Assembly: GCA_945870455.1 (NCBI GenBank)
Contig: CAMBSL010000001.1
Span: 1-60,758, forward strand
Reading direction: 5' to 3'
Length of the DNA: 60,758 nt
DNA from: Pirellula staleyi DSM 6068
GTDB taxonomy: Bacteria; Planctomycetota; Planctomycetia; Pirellulales; Pirellulaceae
A program made the position numbers and the translations under genes. The first letter of the stretch is position 1. Every line of letters begins with the position of its first letter. Below the pieces are notes generated by a model. It was given only the letters and a program-made list of their open reading frames with translations, did no database searches and had not been told where the DNA came from. Below are positions 19,683-29,250 of this stretch, one piece after another.

Positions 19683-19756
19683 GTAGGACAGCCTTTTCAG
19701 GCCGTCGTGACTGCAAAAAAACGGCCAATTTCGACGCCCTAGAAAGTGCGTCCTAC
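19683..19756. repeat. Degenerate intergenic GTAG REP doublet (same family as 7327/8059/9178)
   Basis: GTAGGACAGCCTTTTCAGGCCGTC ... GACGCCCTAGAAAGTGCGTCCTAC, 4 nt after the pyrD stop. Confidence 0.85.
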
Positions 19757-19800
19757 TCGCTCGCGCATGTTGCAGTCATTTTCGAGGAAGGAAAGGGGGG

Positions 19801-20160
19801 CTACGGGGACTTGGGACGCAGATGCTTTCCAAAGAACTGTTCGATGCGCTCGAACGGCTCAGCACCCGAGAAACGGGCTCCGCCGTGTCCGGCGTCTTCG
19901 ATCTTCATCATGGTGGCATCAATACCTGCCGACTGTAGGGCTAACGCAAACGTCTCGCTTTGCGAGATCGGAACCGTCGCATCCTTGTCGCCGTGCATGA
20001 TCAAAAAAGGCGCAGCTAGATTGGAGACATGATGCAATGGGCTGGCAAGTTTGGCTTTCGCAACGTCTTTTTTCTGGAAAATACAAATCCAAACGCTGCC
20101 TCGGATGCCCCATCGGCACGTACTCCAAGTCTTTGTGAACGACAACTCCCTCGGGAATCG
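19801..20160 (-). pseudogene. Alpha/beta hydrolase (BD-FAE-type esterase) remnant with a central deletion
   Basis: N-terminal VHKDLEYV..RQRLDLYFP joined out of frame to C-terminal ASPLHHV..PFLIMHGDKDATVP..QS..GHG. The GxSxG core is missing. Confidence 0.8.
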
Positions 20161-20797
20161 CTCGAGATCATGATTCCGCTGAACCGCTTTTGATTCCCGC
20201 GTTCAACGCCTGCTCAGTCACTCCCTGCTTCTCAGTCTCTCTCTCCCTTTTTCTCGCTCGCAGCGGCGACCGGTGCCACGACATACTCGCGGCCAGCGAA
20301 AACCTTGATCTGCAGTCCATCGCTGTGATCACGTTGGACGATGAGCAAAACAGACACAGGACGGTTCGTCATGTGTCATGAACGGAAAACGCGGTCGGGA
20401 AAAGAACCGACCCCTCTGCAAAGTCAAAATGATATCCGCGAAGAACCGTCCATAAGCAACGGTCGGTCGATTCAGGCCACTATCAGCTGCGGAAACAGCG
20501 AACTCCATGCGGTGTTGTTGATCAAGCCATTAAAACGGCAGTCCACGCGGGCGCTCCGGCGTGTAAAACCGGTGCGAGCTGGAAAGCGGCGCAATCGACA
20601 GTGAGACTGTTGTCTAATTGCAAAGTCTGGACGTATCTGTTGCCTCGAATAGCATGCCGAGGATGCAACCGGATCAATCGCAACCCGTGAGCTTGCCAAG
20701 ATGACATGCCCCCCTTCTTTGTCCTTCCTGAATTGGTATTTTCTCGGACAAAGCAAATTTGATACAAGCATGCGCTTCCTCTAACGATTAGGCTGGA

Positions 20798-21088
20798 ATG
20801 ACAATGGACAACGAAACGCTGAATTCCGACTCGTTTATTTTCTTCTGCCAATACCAAAAAAGCTTGCAATCGGCTTTGTCACTGACTAGGTCTGATAGCT
20901 ATTCCGTAGATACTCACACTCGCAATAGCTTTGATCGAGCCTGGATCAAGCTCTCTCCCTGCGAGAGATTTCGCTGGATGCAAAAGTTTCAGCTAGGTTA
21001 TGAAAAGGTCGCAATCGCCCAAAAAGATCAAATCGCGAGAATCTGCTCATCCGGTGCGAAACCTAGCGCAATTCACCATGCGGCTTAA
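20798..21088 (+). CDS. Hypothetical protein
   Basis: 96-aa ATG ORF convergent with the HEAT-like gene. No recognisable motif. Confidence 0.3.
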   Translation: MTMDNETLNSDSFIFFCQYQKSLQSALSLTRSDSYSVDTHTRNSFDRAWIKLSPCERFRWMQKFQLGYEKVAIAQKDQIARICSSGAKPSAIHHAA

Positions 21089-24000
21089 TGGCTCAAGCCA
21101 ACCTTGAAGTCGATGGCGCGTGACCCAAAAAACGCTTTCTCATTGATCCAAGACAACAGTGAATCTGCGTCCGTGGAATGGCAAAGCACAGCAAAATCGC
21201 TTAGATCGCTAGGTGTCAATCTAAGCTCGTGTCCAGTTCTCACGAGTAGTTGATCCGCCAATCGCCAAACGAGAAAACCATTCGGATCCACATCTTTCGT
21301 GCAGTTTCCAATTTCTTGCAATAACAAAGTCATTGCTCTTAACTGGAAGCCATCTACTTTATCTTCATTCTGGGTTGGAAACGCATCTTCAAAATCCATT
21401 GATTCAAGCAACGGCTGTATCGATTCAGCGATCTTTTTTGCCGTATCGTCAGGAACATCCAGTTTCACAGCTTCCAGTGCAGTCCTGAAGAACTCGAATG
21501 CTGTTACGCTTTTCGAGTTCATCACGGGCAAATCAGGGTACTCTGAATGTCCCCGAAACTGAAAACTTTCGCCAAATAAAGCGCTTCCGATAACAACCTT
21601 CGAATCTCCTCTACCTGGAAGTTGCAACGTGAGTTCGCGTTCATTGAAAACGTTTTCGGAAAGGTCGTCGGCAATGCCGCCCCAGGAGTATTTTTCAGTT
21701 TGATCATAGCGATGCTTCCTCCAGATTCTTGCTCTGGCGGAAAACACAGACCCATTCGATTTCACAAATGTTGCGTTACACTCTTCAATCGCCCCAACAA
21801 CGTGTGACCAAGGTTCGGGCCATCTGGATGTGGTCTGCTTCCACTGTTTATCGAGTTGTTTTAGCGTTCGTTCTAAAAGATTTCGTGTTGACCTCGGCAA
21901 CTCTCGTACTTCTAAAAACTGCTCAATTCGTCGTTTCGTATCATCATCTCCCAACGCTGCAAGTGCTCGCGACAAACGTAAAACGCCCGCGAAGTTCTCC
22001 GAGCGACTGTTGCAAATGGCAAGCAACCGGTCAACGTATCCGTTTGCCCAAGTACGTCGGCGTCTTTGTTGCAGAACATCCTTAAACGCTTTCCTAACGC
22101 TTGGTTCCCTATGGCTTTGAAATCCCATGGTAAGAATGACTTCATCTGGGTAGTTCTCATGCGGCAACCATTCAATCAGTTCGGCAGCGCGCTTCTCGTT
22201 TTCAACTTCGCCTGAGGCATTCCAAGTCCGATATAGCGAGTGGAGCAGTTTATGATCTTTGGTCGCAAGCGCTCGATAGGCCGAACGACGCACTTGGTAG
22301 GCAGCATCTTGAATAAACGGGAGGAAGCTTTCTGTTAGATTTTCTGTAACAACTCTCGAAGTCACCTCGCAAAGAGCAACCCTTCCTTCGACCATCCACC
22401 TACTCCACTTTTCTGATCTTGAGAGCTGAAGTAGCGATTCAGGAGAAACGTGGGCGAGCACAGATAGCAAGTCCGTATCGGTAGAGTACTCGTTGTTTAT
22501 CAGTTCGATTCGCGAACGCAACGCGAGGATGACATTCGAAGGTGTGCGGGGACCACTCCTTTTGATTGGCTTAATGAGTTGGTAGAAGACATCGTTAGGT
22601 GAAATAGCGAAGACTGATGCAACAGCCCCAGAGTAACGCCTGGGATCTTTTTCGTAGAGTAACCCCAACAGATAGGCTTGCCAGCCGCTGAGAGATTCAG
22701 GATTGCTTATTCGAAGTGTATTTGCGTTCGAGACTATCGAGAGTTTCGCCAAAACAAGTGTTTCAATCGCCTCGAATTGCCAATCGCGACGGATTATAAC
22801 CTCGATAGCGGCCCAACAAAGCGGAGAGTCCTGTTGGTTAACGAGCTCAATGATTTCTTTCTTCCAATCCTCAGCCATCTCGAAACGACCTGTTGCTATT
22901 GCTTGAATCGCGTCTACTTGCGTCGCTTGCCCAAGACTTAAGTCACGTGTGAAGCTCCTCAAGTGATGGCTTAACTCATTGGCGACATAACCATTCGAAG
23001 ACAGCCGACAAAAAACGGATGCCGCCGCCTGACGATTATGAATTGGGCGTCCAATATCTGTCGATGCAATTAATAATTCTACGACGTCCTTATCGCCAGC
23101 TTCTATGCGAGCTAGAGCGAGGTCGGCAATCGCATCGACTGTCGACAAGAGAACTTCGTTCTCATAAGTAAATCCGAAATTGAGGATCGCTTCGAATGCA
23201 TTCCTACTGCGACATGACTGAGTCAAGTCTTGCAATCCACGATTGCGAAAGAAATGGTCGCTATCTACATCATCACCAGGTTGCGAGGATTTAACTATGT
23301 TCCAAAGTCTATCAGGCAATTCCGGTAAGCCTACGCATGCGAACAATTCGGAAACCTCATGCGAAACGGAGCCGTTTGACTCGTCAAGGACGGCGGTTGC
23401 GACAAATGATTCCGTGGGTTGAAAACCCAGACAAAGCAAAGCTTCTAATGCCATTGACTTGAGCTTGCTATTTGTCGTGGTGTACTCACCCTGGAGGTTT
23501 GTGTCCTTCTCTGTCAGACCAATCAGTTGGCGCACAATGGCTTCATCATTTACCTGACGCCATCCCGCAAGATGTCTTGGCTTTACGAATTCGGAAAGTC
23601 GAGAAAGGTAGATGTAAGCCCAATGACCAGACTCTGCATTTTCCGACTTTTTCAACCACTGGAAATAGTCCAAAACAACGGACGCAGAATTGCAGCGAAA
23701 CCCATATTCGCCGGACATCCGCACGATTTTCTCGTGGTCCCTTAGTATGTCCCAAATTCGCTCATGCATTGGGTGATCGTCGTCGCATCTATCGACAGCA
23801 CGAGTAACGACAGCAACCGAAAGAGATGGGCCAAACGACCGTTCCGCCGCATCTTTTGCCAACGATTGGACTAGGTAAGACTCGGCGATGTCCATCCGTT
23901 GAGGACCGACAATTTCTTGAATTGCGATCCTAGCGAAATGCTCGTCAGCCCCATTTCGTACTTGAGTGGCAACTAGCGAGAGAATGCTCTCTTCTTCCTC

Positions 24001-24537
24001 ATACGTTAGACCCGTCGCAATTAGTGTGCTAGCTGCTGTTTCCCAAAGCTCTTTCTCGCTTAGGGCAATGCCCCACAATAGGACGTCAAGTGATTCCGTT
24101 CGGAAACCAATCTTTGAAACACACCAGAAATGCGATTCACTTGGATTCGTTCGAATTCTCGCTTCGAGACAAGATAGCAGGTCGGACCTCACCTTGACCA
24201 TTTGGTCGTAGGGAAACTGGTACACCCAGTCTCGAATGTTTTCGCGGAGGTAGTCTTGCTCGATAGGAAACCGATCAGGACTTTTTTCGTTACTATTCTT
24301 TAGTTCGACAAAAGGCATCAAGTTGTCATCGATCAACTTGGCGACCAATTCTGGTTTTTCATGGGTTGCACTGGCGGCGGCTCGCGTAAGCGAATTTGCA
24401 AAACTAATTGCAAACTCATGGCCTGTCTCTTCCCGAACACTGTACGCTTCTCCAAAAAGCGGAAGGATATCTTCGAGAGTTTTGGCAGCTTGAAGCTTAG
24501 CGACAAGACCAGCATTTATTGACTTGTTACCTGTCAT
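21085..24537 (-). CDS. Large HEAT/ARM-like helical-repeat protein (putative sensor of a defence cassette)
   Basis: About 1150 aa, helical, HEAT-like segments (FIQDAAYQVRRSAYRALA, HNRQAAASVF, HREPSVRKAF). ATG 24537 has GGAGA upstream and overlaps the upstream stop. Confidence 0.75.
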   Translation of the reverse strand: MTGNKSINAGLVAKLQAAKTLEDILPLFGEAYSVREETGHEFAISFANSLTRAAASATHEKPELVAKLIDDNLMPFVELKNSNEKSPDRFPIEQDYLRENIRDWVYQFPYDQMVKVRSDLLSCLEARIRTNPSESHFWCVSKIGFRTESLDVLLWGIALSEKELWETAASTLIATGLTYEEEESILSLVATQVRNGADEHFARIAIQEIVGPQRMDIAESYLVQSLAKDAAERSFGPSLSVAVVTRAVDRCDDDHPMHERIWDILRDHEKIVRMSGEYGFRCNSASVVLDYFQWLKKSENAESGHWAYIYLSRLSEFVKPRHLAGWRQVNDEAIVRQLIGLTEKDTNLQGEYTTTNSKLKSMALEALLCLGFQPTESFVATAVLDESNGSVSHEVSELFACVGLPELPDRLWNIVKSSQPGDDVDSDHFFRNRGLQDLTQSCRSRNAFEAILNFGFTYENEVLLSTVDAIADLALARIEAGDKDVVELLIASTDIGRPIHNRQAAASVFCRLSSNGYVANELSHHLRSFTRDLSLGQATQVDAIQAIATGRFEMAEDWKKEIIELVNQQDSPLCWAAIEVIIRRDWQFEAIETLVLAKLSIVSNANTLRISNPESLSGWQAYLLGLLYEKDPRRYSGAVASVFAISPNDVFYQLIKPIKRSGPRTPSNVILALRSRIELINNEYSTDTDLLSVLAHVSPESLLQLSRSEKWSRWMVEGRVALCEVTSRVVTENLTESFLPFIQDAAYQVRRSAYRALATKDHKLLHSLYRTWNASGEVENEKRAAELIEWLPHENYPDEVILTMGFQSHREPSVRKAFKDVLQQRRRRTWANGYVDRLLAICNSRSENFAGVLRLSRALAALGDDDTKRRIEQFLEVRELPRSTRNLLERTLKQLDKQWKQTTSRWPEPWSHVVGAIEECNATFVKSNGSVFSARARIWRKHRYDQTEKYSWGGIADDLSENVFNERELTLQLPGRGDSKVVIGSALFGESFQFRGHSEYPDLPVMNSKSVTAFEFFRTALEAVKLDVPDDTAKKIAESIQPLLESMDFEDAFPTQNEDKVDGFQLRAMTLLLQEIGNCTKDVDPNGFLVWRLADQLLVRTGHELRLTPSDLSDFAVLCHSTDADSLLSWINEKAFFGSRAIDFKVGLSH

Positions 24538-26437
24538 TCCAATTATCTCCTTTGGCAAAGCTATCTCGCAGCCAATCGTGTTTCCATTGCCAAATTAAGT
24601 TCTCTGTGTCGATGATTTCAAAAATTCCCGCCGATAAACCCTCATCAAAAAGTTGGCGATGATATACGTCTGGGCAGTGAATGGTCCGAAGCGGTACAAC
24701 CCAGTCGTTCAAATAGGTTTCTTGCAACGGATTTTTGCCTTTGTCCAACCGTTCGGCAACAGATCTAAATGCGCTTTTTGCCCAGTCTCGTTGACCGAGT
24801 CTTTGTTCAACCTTGTTGAAAAACCATTTCTTGTATTCGTTGGCCAGTGCTTCCAATGCGTCCTTTGCACCGTCGAGGAATGCATGTTTCTGTGCGTCGC
24901 TAAGCTGAGCGAAGAAACGCCAAATGATCGGGCGAGACAGCAACTTCCAACGAAGCGGATTAATGGGGGCAAGAGTTGATTGCTTAGGAACGGTTCGGCG
25001 GCTGTGGCCAATGCTTAAATGAGCTTTGAATCTGTTGGCGACAGCCGCGTCTCCCTGTAGGTTTGTGGAAAGTGCCTCTAACTCGTCGTGGTCAAAGTCG
25101 CCGACCGATATTCGCATAAGCGAGCATGCTGGCGAGAAGCCGCCACCACCTAGCCCCTCCAATTCTGCTTCCGTACGACACGATAGGACAATGCTCAGCG
25201 AATGCGTTCCGTCCGCTAGTGAAGGTGCATTGGCCGATTGGATAAGGCCCATCAAGCTTTGGCGTGCGTCAGATGACAGGGATTGGAAACCGCCTCGTTC
25301 ATCTATTCCATCAACGTAGACTGCAATTGTTGGCAAAAACGACGATACACCCCCTAGCCGCTCAAGGCATTGCCGGAGGTCATTACCATCAGGGTTGTAG
25401 TTTTGATTCCGCCATCGCTTGACGGCAGATTGGACGCTACTTCGTTCGAGGTCCGCAGCTTTCAGGATCAACGCAAATGTCGGAGGTTGTTTTGGGTCTC
25501 CAAGGTTGATCAAAGCAGCATCACTCATAGCAACAGACTTACCCACTCCACCATCTCCTTTGACGATCACCAACGGATGGCTCATAGTCGACAACGCAAT
25601 TTGAGAAGAAATGGAACGGGAGATCGTTTGTTTCAATTTTGTTTGTGGAAATTGAGTCTCATTATCTCTGAATGACAAGACTTCTCCTTTTTGGAGATCA
25701 GCCGAAACTTTTCCGTTCAGTTGATAGGGGCTTGGATACTGAACTAAGGCTTCGATCAGTTTCGTTCTGTTGAGCGATCTACTCCCAGGAGACGATGCAG
25801 TCTGTACCAGCAGTCCAATTACCTTTTGAATACCCGATTCGATTTCGTGGTGTAGCATGCCATATTGTTTACCAATACTTACGATGCGGCTATTCGCATC
25901 GTCTGGGCCAAGTTGACTGATAACAAGTCTTTGGAAAATTGGCCATAGTAGTGTGTAGGGAAGCTTCGTTAATACTTCCTCCGAAACGCCGTCGTGCAAA
26001 AGAGATTTGAACTCGGTGGCGCTCTTTGCTTTGTTCCAGTCGTCGGAGCCTGAATTGAGTTTTCGGTTTGTAGTCAGGTAAAGATCAACATCGTTTGCGT
26101 TCAAATCCCCGTCGCCGAGGCTCTTCTTGAACGCAATCAGAATGTCTCGAAGCTCGGTCGGACCCAACTCTGCACCAACGCTTGAGTATTTGTATTGGAT
26201 CAAGCGCGGTCGTCCATTGTCCGGATAAGCCACAGCATCCTGCCCCAATCGTTCTATTTCGAACACGGCGGTCGGATTGTTCTGGTCGTCCTCCACCAGA
26301 AAGAGCTTCAATGCATCATTGGCTGAAGCCAACAACTGAAAAAAGAAACCAGCAATTGAGTAGTGCCCCGATTCAATCAACGAGAAAAGCCCCGATAGTT
26401 CTTCGAAAAAGTGTGTCATGCAAAATTGCAACAGCAA
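24527..26437 (-). CDS. Cap4/DUF4297-like PD-(D/E)xK nuclease fused to a STAND/NACHT-like P-loop NTPase
   Basis: N-terminal SIAGFFFQ...E.LGQD...LIQYKYS...LTTNR, Walker A GDGGVGKS, Walker B VYVDGIDE, LSCR, terminal WKHDWLRDSF. Start uncertain (possibly TTG 26380). Confidence 0.72.
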   Translation of the reverse strand: MLLQFCMTHFFEELSGLFSLIESGHYSIAGFFFQLLASANDALKLFLVEDDQNNPTAVFEIERLGQDAVAYPDNGRPRLIQYKYSSVGAELGPTELRDILIAFKKSLGDGDLNANDVDLYLTTNRKLNSGSDDWNKAKSATEFKSLLHDGVSEEVLTKLPYTLLWPIFQRLVISQLGPDDANSRIVSIGKQYGMLHHEIESGIQKVIGLLVQTASSPGSRSLNRTKLIEALVQYPSPYQLNGKVSADLQKGEVLSFRDNETQFPQTKLKQTISRSISSQIALSTMSHPLVIVKGDGGVGKSVAMSDAALINLGDPKQPPTFALILKAADLERSSVQSAVKRWRNQNYNPDGNDLRQCLERLGGVSSFLPTIAVYVDGIDERGGFQSLSSDARQSLMGLIQSANAPSLADGTHSLSIVLSCRTEAELEGLGGGGFSPACSLMRISVGDFDHDELEALSTNLQGDAAVANRFKAHLSIGHSRRTVPKQSTLAPINPLRWKLLSRPIIWRFFAQLSDAQKHAFLDGAKDALEALANEYKKWFFNKVEQRLGQRDWAKSAFRSVAERLDKGKNPLQETYLNDWVVPLRTIHCPDVYHRQLFDEGLSAGIFEIIDTENLIWQWKHDWLRDSFAKGDNWNDR

Positions 26438-26598
26438 TCATTGCTGTTGCGTCATGATACCAAATCCCATTCCATTAGTCAGTGATTCCTCGTAAGAAAG
26501 GATTTCGCATTTGTTGCTAGCCAAGCAGCATATCGATAATCCAAGGTCAACGATCGTGCTTGTCACCAATGACCGAACTAAGTGCGGTCACTACAAAC

Positions 26599-26645
26599 CG
26601 CACCGGTCACCCAAACGTCACCCAAACGTCACCCAAACCGGTGCG
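26599..26645. repeat. (GTCACCCAAAC)x3 flanked by inverted CGCACCGG/CCGGTGCG
   Basis: Read directly. Confidence 0.85.
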
Positions 26646-26689
26646 ATTATCCGAGTACCGTATTGCTCTTCACCGAGACAGCGCGCACA

Positions 26690-27161
26690 GGAGGGCGTGT
26701 CCTGTGCGCTACGTGCATCTCTACTACGACGCGGGTCAGACATTGGGGTCAGCACAGCAAGATACTGAACAGCGTGCCCGTCGAAGCCCGCAATATTGAT
26801 CAGGCCACTTCTGCGTGGATTACCAACCTGAAACAGCGGCATGCTTGAAGACACATTAGTCATCTGGGGCGGGGAATTCGGCCGCGCGCCTGTATCCGAA
26901 GGGGGCGACGGACGCGACCACAATCCCTTTGGCTACACGATTTGGATGGCCGGCGGCGGGATCAAGGGCAGCATGGCTTATGGTGCCACCGACGAGTTCG
27001 GCTTCAAAGCTGTCGAGAACCGCGTCAGTGTCCACGAACTTCATGCAACTATCCTGCATCAGCTGGGAATCGATCACGAAATGATTACCAATCGATATAA
27101 TGGCCGCGACTTCCGCCTCACGGACCTGCATGGCAAAGTGGTTCAAGCGGTGCTGGCGTGA
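26690..27161 (+). pseudogene. DUF1501 3' remnant, frameshifted
   Basis: [27 protein letters not shown] and [20 protein letters not shown] lie in different frames. The 5' two-thirds is absent. Confidence 0.85.
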
Positions 27162-27506
27162 GTTCGTAGTAGGCCTTACTGAGGTGATGGCTTCCACTTC
27201 GCGCTCTTACCCGGCCTCTTGTCCATCCCATGAGGCCAAAGATCGATGGGATGACGAAGTTTCTTGAACACCACAGCGGCAGTCTCACTGGCTGCGGCGG
27301 TGCATCCATTACAATGCGCAATCGCAGCGGACGAAGCTTGGCGATTTCGACTCGCGCTGGGACATGTCCCCTTTGTCGCGTGTTTCCCCGTGAGCCACGC
27401 TTTACCAAACGTGTTCCGATCGAGTTTCCCATGATAGCTGGAGAAATTGGATTTGAAGGGATCGACTTCAGCGTGTCTATCTGCCTTTAACAAAACGCTT
27501 GGACGA

Positions 27507-28967
27507 ATGAAACACAACCTCACACTAACCACCGCCCTGTCACTCGCGCCGCTAGCAGCCCTGTTGCTCGCGCCGCTAGCCGCGCTGCACGCCTCCGATG
27601 TGTCAGCGCCTAACATCATCTTCATTGTCGTCGACGACCTTGGCTACGGCGAACTCGGTTGTTATGGCGGAATTGATATTCCGACGCCCCACATCGATGC
27701 TTTGGCAGCGAGCGGAGCACGTTTCACGAACGGGTATGTCACCGCGCCGTTTTGTGCGGCCTCGCGTGCGGCGCTGATGACGGGTCGTTTTCAGACGCGG
27801 TTCGGTTTTGAATTCAATCCCATTGGCGCGAAGAACGCTGCGCCGGGCATTGGCTTGCCAGTTGCAGAGAAGACTATCGCAGATCGTCTGCGTGACTTGG
27901 GTTATGCGACGGGATTGGTGGGCAAGTGGCATCTCGGCGGCACGGCGGAGTTTCATCCGCAGCGGCGCGGCTTTGATGAGTTCTTCGGCTTTCTGCACGA
28001 GGGGCATTTCTATGTGCCGCCGCCGTGGCAAGGCATGACGACTTGGCTGCGTCGCAAGACCCTGCCCAATGGCGGTCAGGGCCGGTGGACATCACCCGAT
28101 GACCGTATCGTGTGGAGCACCCACCTCAACACCAACGAGCCCGAATACGACACGGACAATCCGTTGCTGCGCAGCAGTCAGCCTGTGGATGAAAAGGCGA
28201 ACCTCACGGATGCCTTCACTCGCGAAGCCTGCGACTTCATCGAGAGGCATTCCGCGCAGCCGTTCTTCCTACATCTCGCCTACAACTCCGTCCACAGCCC
28301 TATGCAGGCATCGGACGACTACATGAGAAAGTTCGCGTCCATCGAAGACATTCATCGCCGCATCTTCGCCGCCATGCTCGCGCATCTCGATGACAGTGTG
28401 GGCAAGGTGCTCGCCCAACTCCGTGACAGCAACATCGAAGAGAATACGCTCATCGTCTTCCTCAGCGACAACGGCGGCCCCACCCAAGAGCTCACCTCTA
28501 GAAACGCACCCCTGCGCGGAGGCAAAGGCGATTTATGGGAAGGCGGTATCCGCGTGCCCTTCATCGCGTCGTGGAAGAATCACATCAGGGCAGGCCAGGT
28601 TGTGGATGCCCCCGTCGCTTCCATGGACGCCACCGCGACAGCGTTGAAAATGGCTAGTGCTTTGGCTCCAGAGCATTCGACTAAAGCCGAAGCCACCATG
28701 GACGGCATCAACCTCATGCCTCTGCTAACGGGAAAGACCACGCAATTACCTGAACGCCTTTTGTTTTGGCGCGTTGGCAAAAAGAACGCCCTGCGTCTTG
28801 GCGACTGGAAACTCATTCGCGATGGCAAGGTTTGGCAACTCTACGATCTCACGCATGACATCAGCGAGACCAAAAATCTCGCCAGCCAAGAACCCGCCCG
28901 CGTGCAGCAAATGTCAGAGCTGTGGGATAATTGGAACGCTGAACAAATCGATCCCTTATGGAAATAA
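27507..28967 (+). CDS. Sulfatase (S1 family), secreted
   Basis: [52 protein letters not shown]. Confidence 0.95.
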   Translation: MKHNLTLTTALSLAPLAALLLAPLAALHASDVSAPNIIFIVVDDLGYGELGCYGGIDIPTPHIDALAASGARFTNGYVTAPFCAASRAALMTGRFQTRFGFEFNPIGAKNAAPGIGLPVAEKTIADRLRDLGYATGLVGKWHLGGTAEFHPQRRGFDEFFGFLHEGHFYVPPPWQGMTTWLRRKTLPNGGQGRWTSPDDRIVWSTHLNTNEPEYDTDNPLLRSSQPVDEKANLTDAFTREACDFIERHSAQPFFLHLAYNSVHSPMQASDDYMRKFASIEDIHRRIFAAMLAHLDDSVGKVLAQLRDSNIEENTLIVFLSDNGGPTQELTSRNAPLRGGKGDLWEGGIRVPFIASWKNHIRAGQVVDAPVASMDATATALKMASALAPEHSTKAEATMDGINLMPLLTGKTTQLPERLLFWRVGKKNALRLGDWKLIRDGKVWQLYDLTHDISETKNLASQEPARVQQMSELWDNWNAEQIDPLWK

Positions 28968-29034
28968 GGAACCGCGCCGGCAAAGAACTCGCAAGCGGCT
29001 TCGAAATCACGCTGCGCGACGAACACGCCGGTCT

Positions 29035-29130
29035 CATGATGAAACCTTAATCGTTTGGGCTGGAGAATTTGGTAGAACGCCGTCCTCGCAGAGTAACAAC
29101 GGCTGCCCACACAAGGCCACCAGTTTCCTA
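29035..29130 (+). pseudogene. Tiny DUF1501 fragment
   Basis: [15 protein letters not shown], compared with ESTLIVWCGEFGRTP in the 32347 gene. Confidence 0.7.
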
Positions 29131-29250
29131 TCCGCACGCTAAACGGGGCGATTGACGAGTTCGTAATGTACAATGGAGCGGTTGTTGCGACTGAGATTCA
29201 TGCGATGTTTGAAGAAGGAAAGCCGAATGGAAGAAAGTCTCGAGACTATC

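Noticed and set aside
20160-20790. Possible ncRNA or small genes in a long intergenic stretch (also 12420-12760 and 57520-57850)
   Set aside because: No recognisable RNA family, motif or convincing ORF by eye; an Rfam/blastx search would be needed.
27543-27585. Duplicated CTCGCGCCGCTAGC in the sulfatase leader
   Set aside because: It is a simple in-frame duplication in a low-complexity signal peptide.
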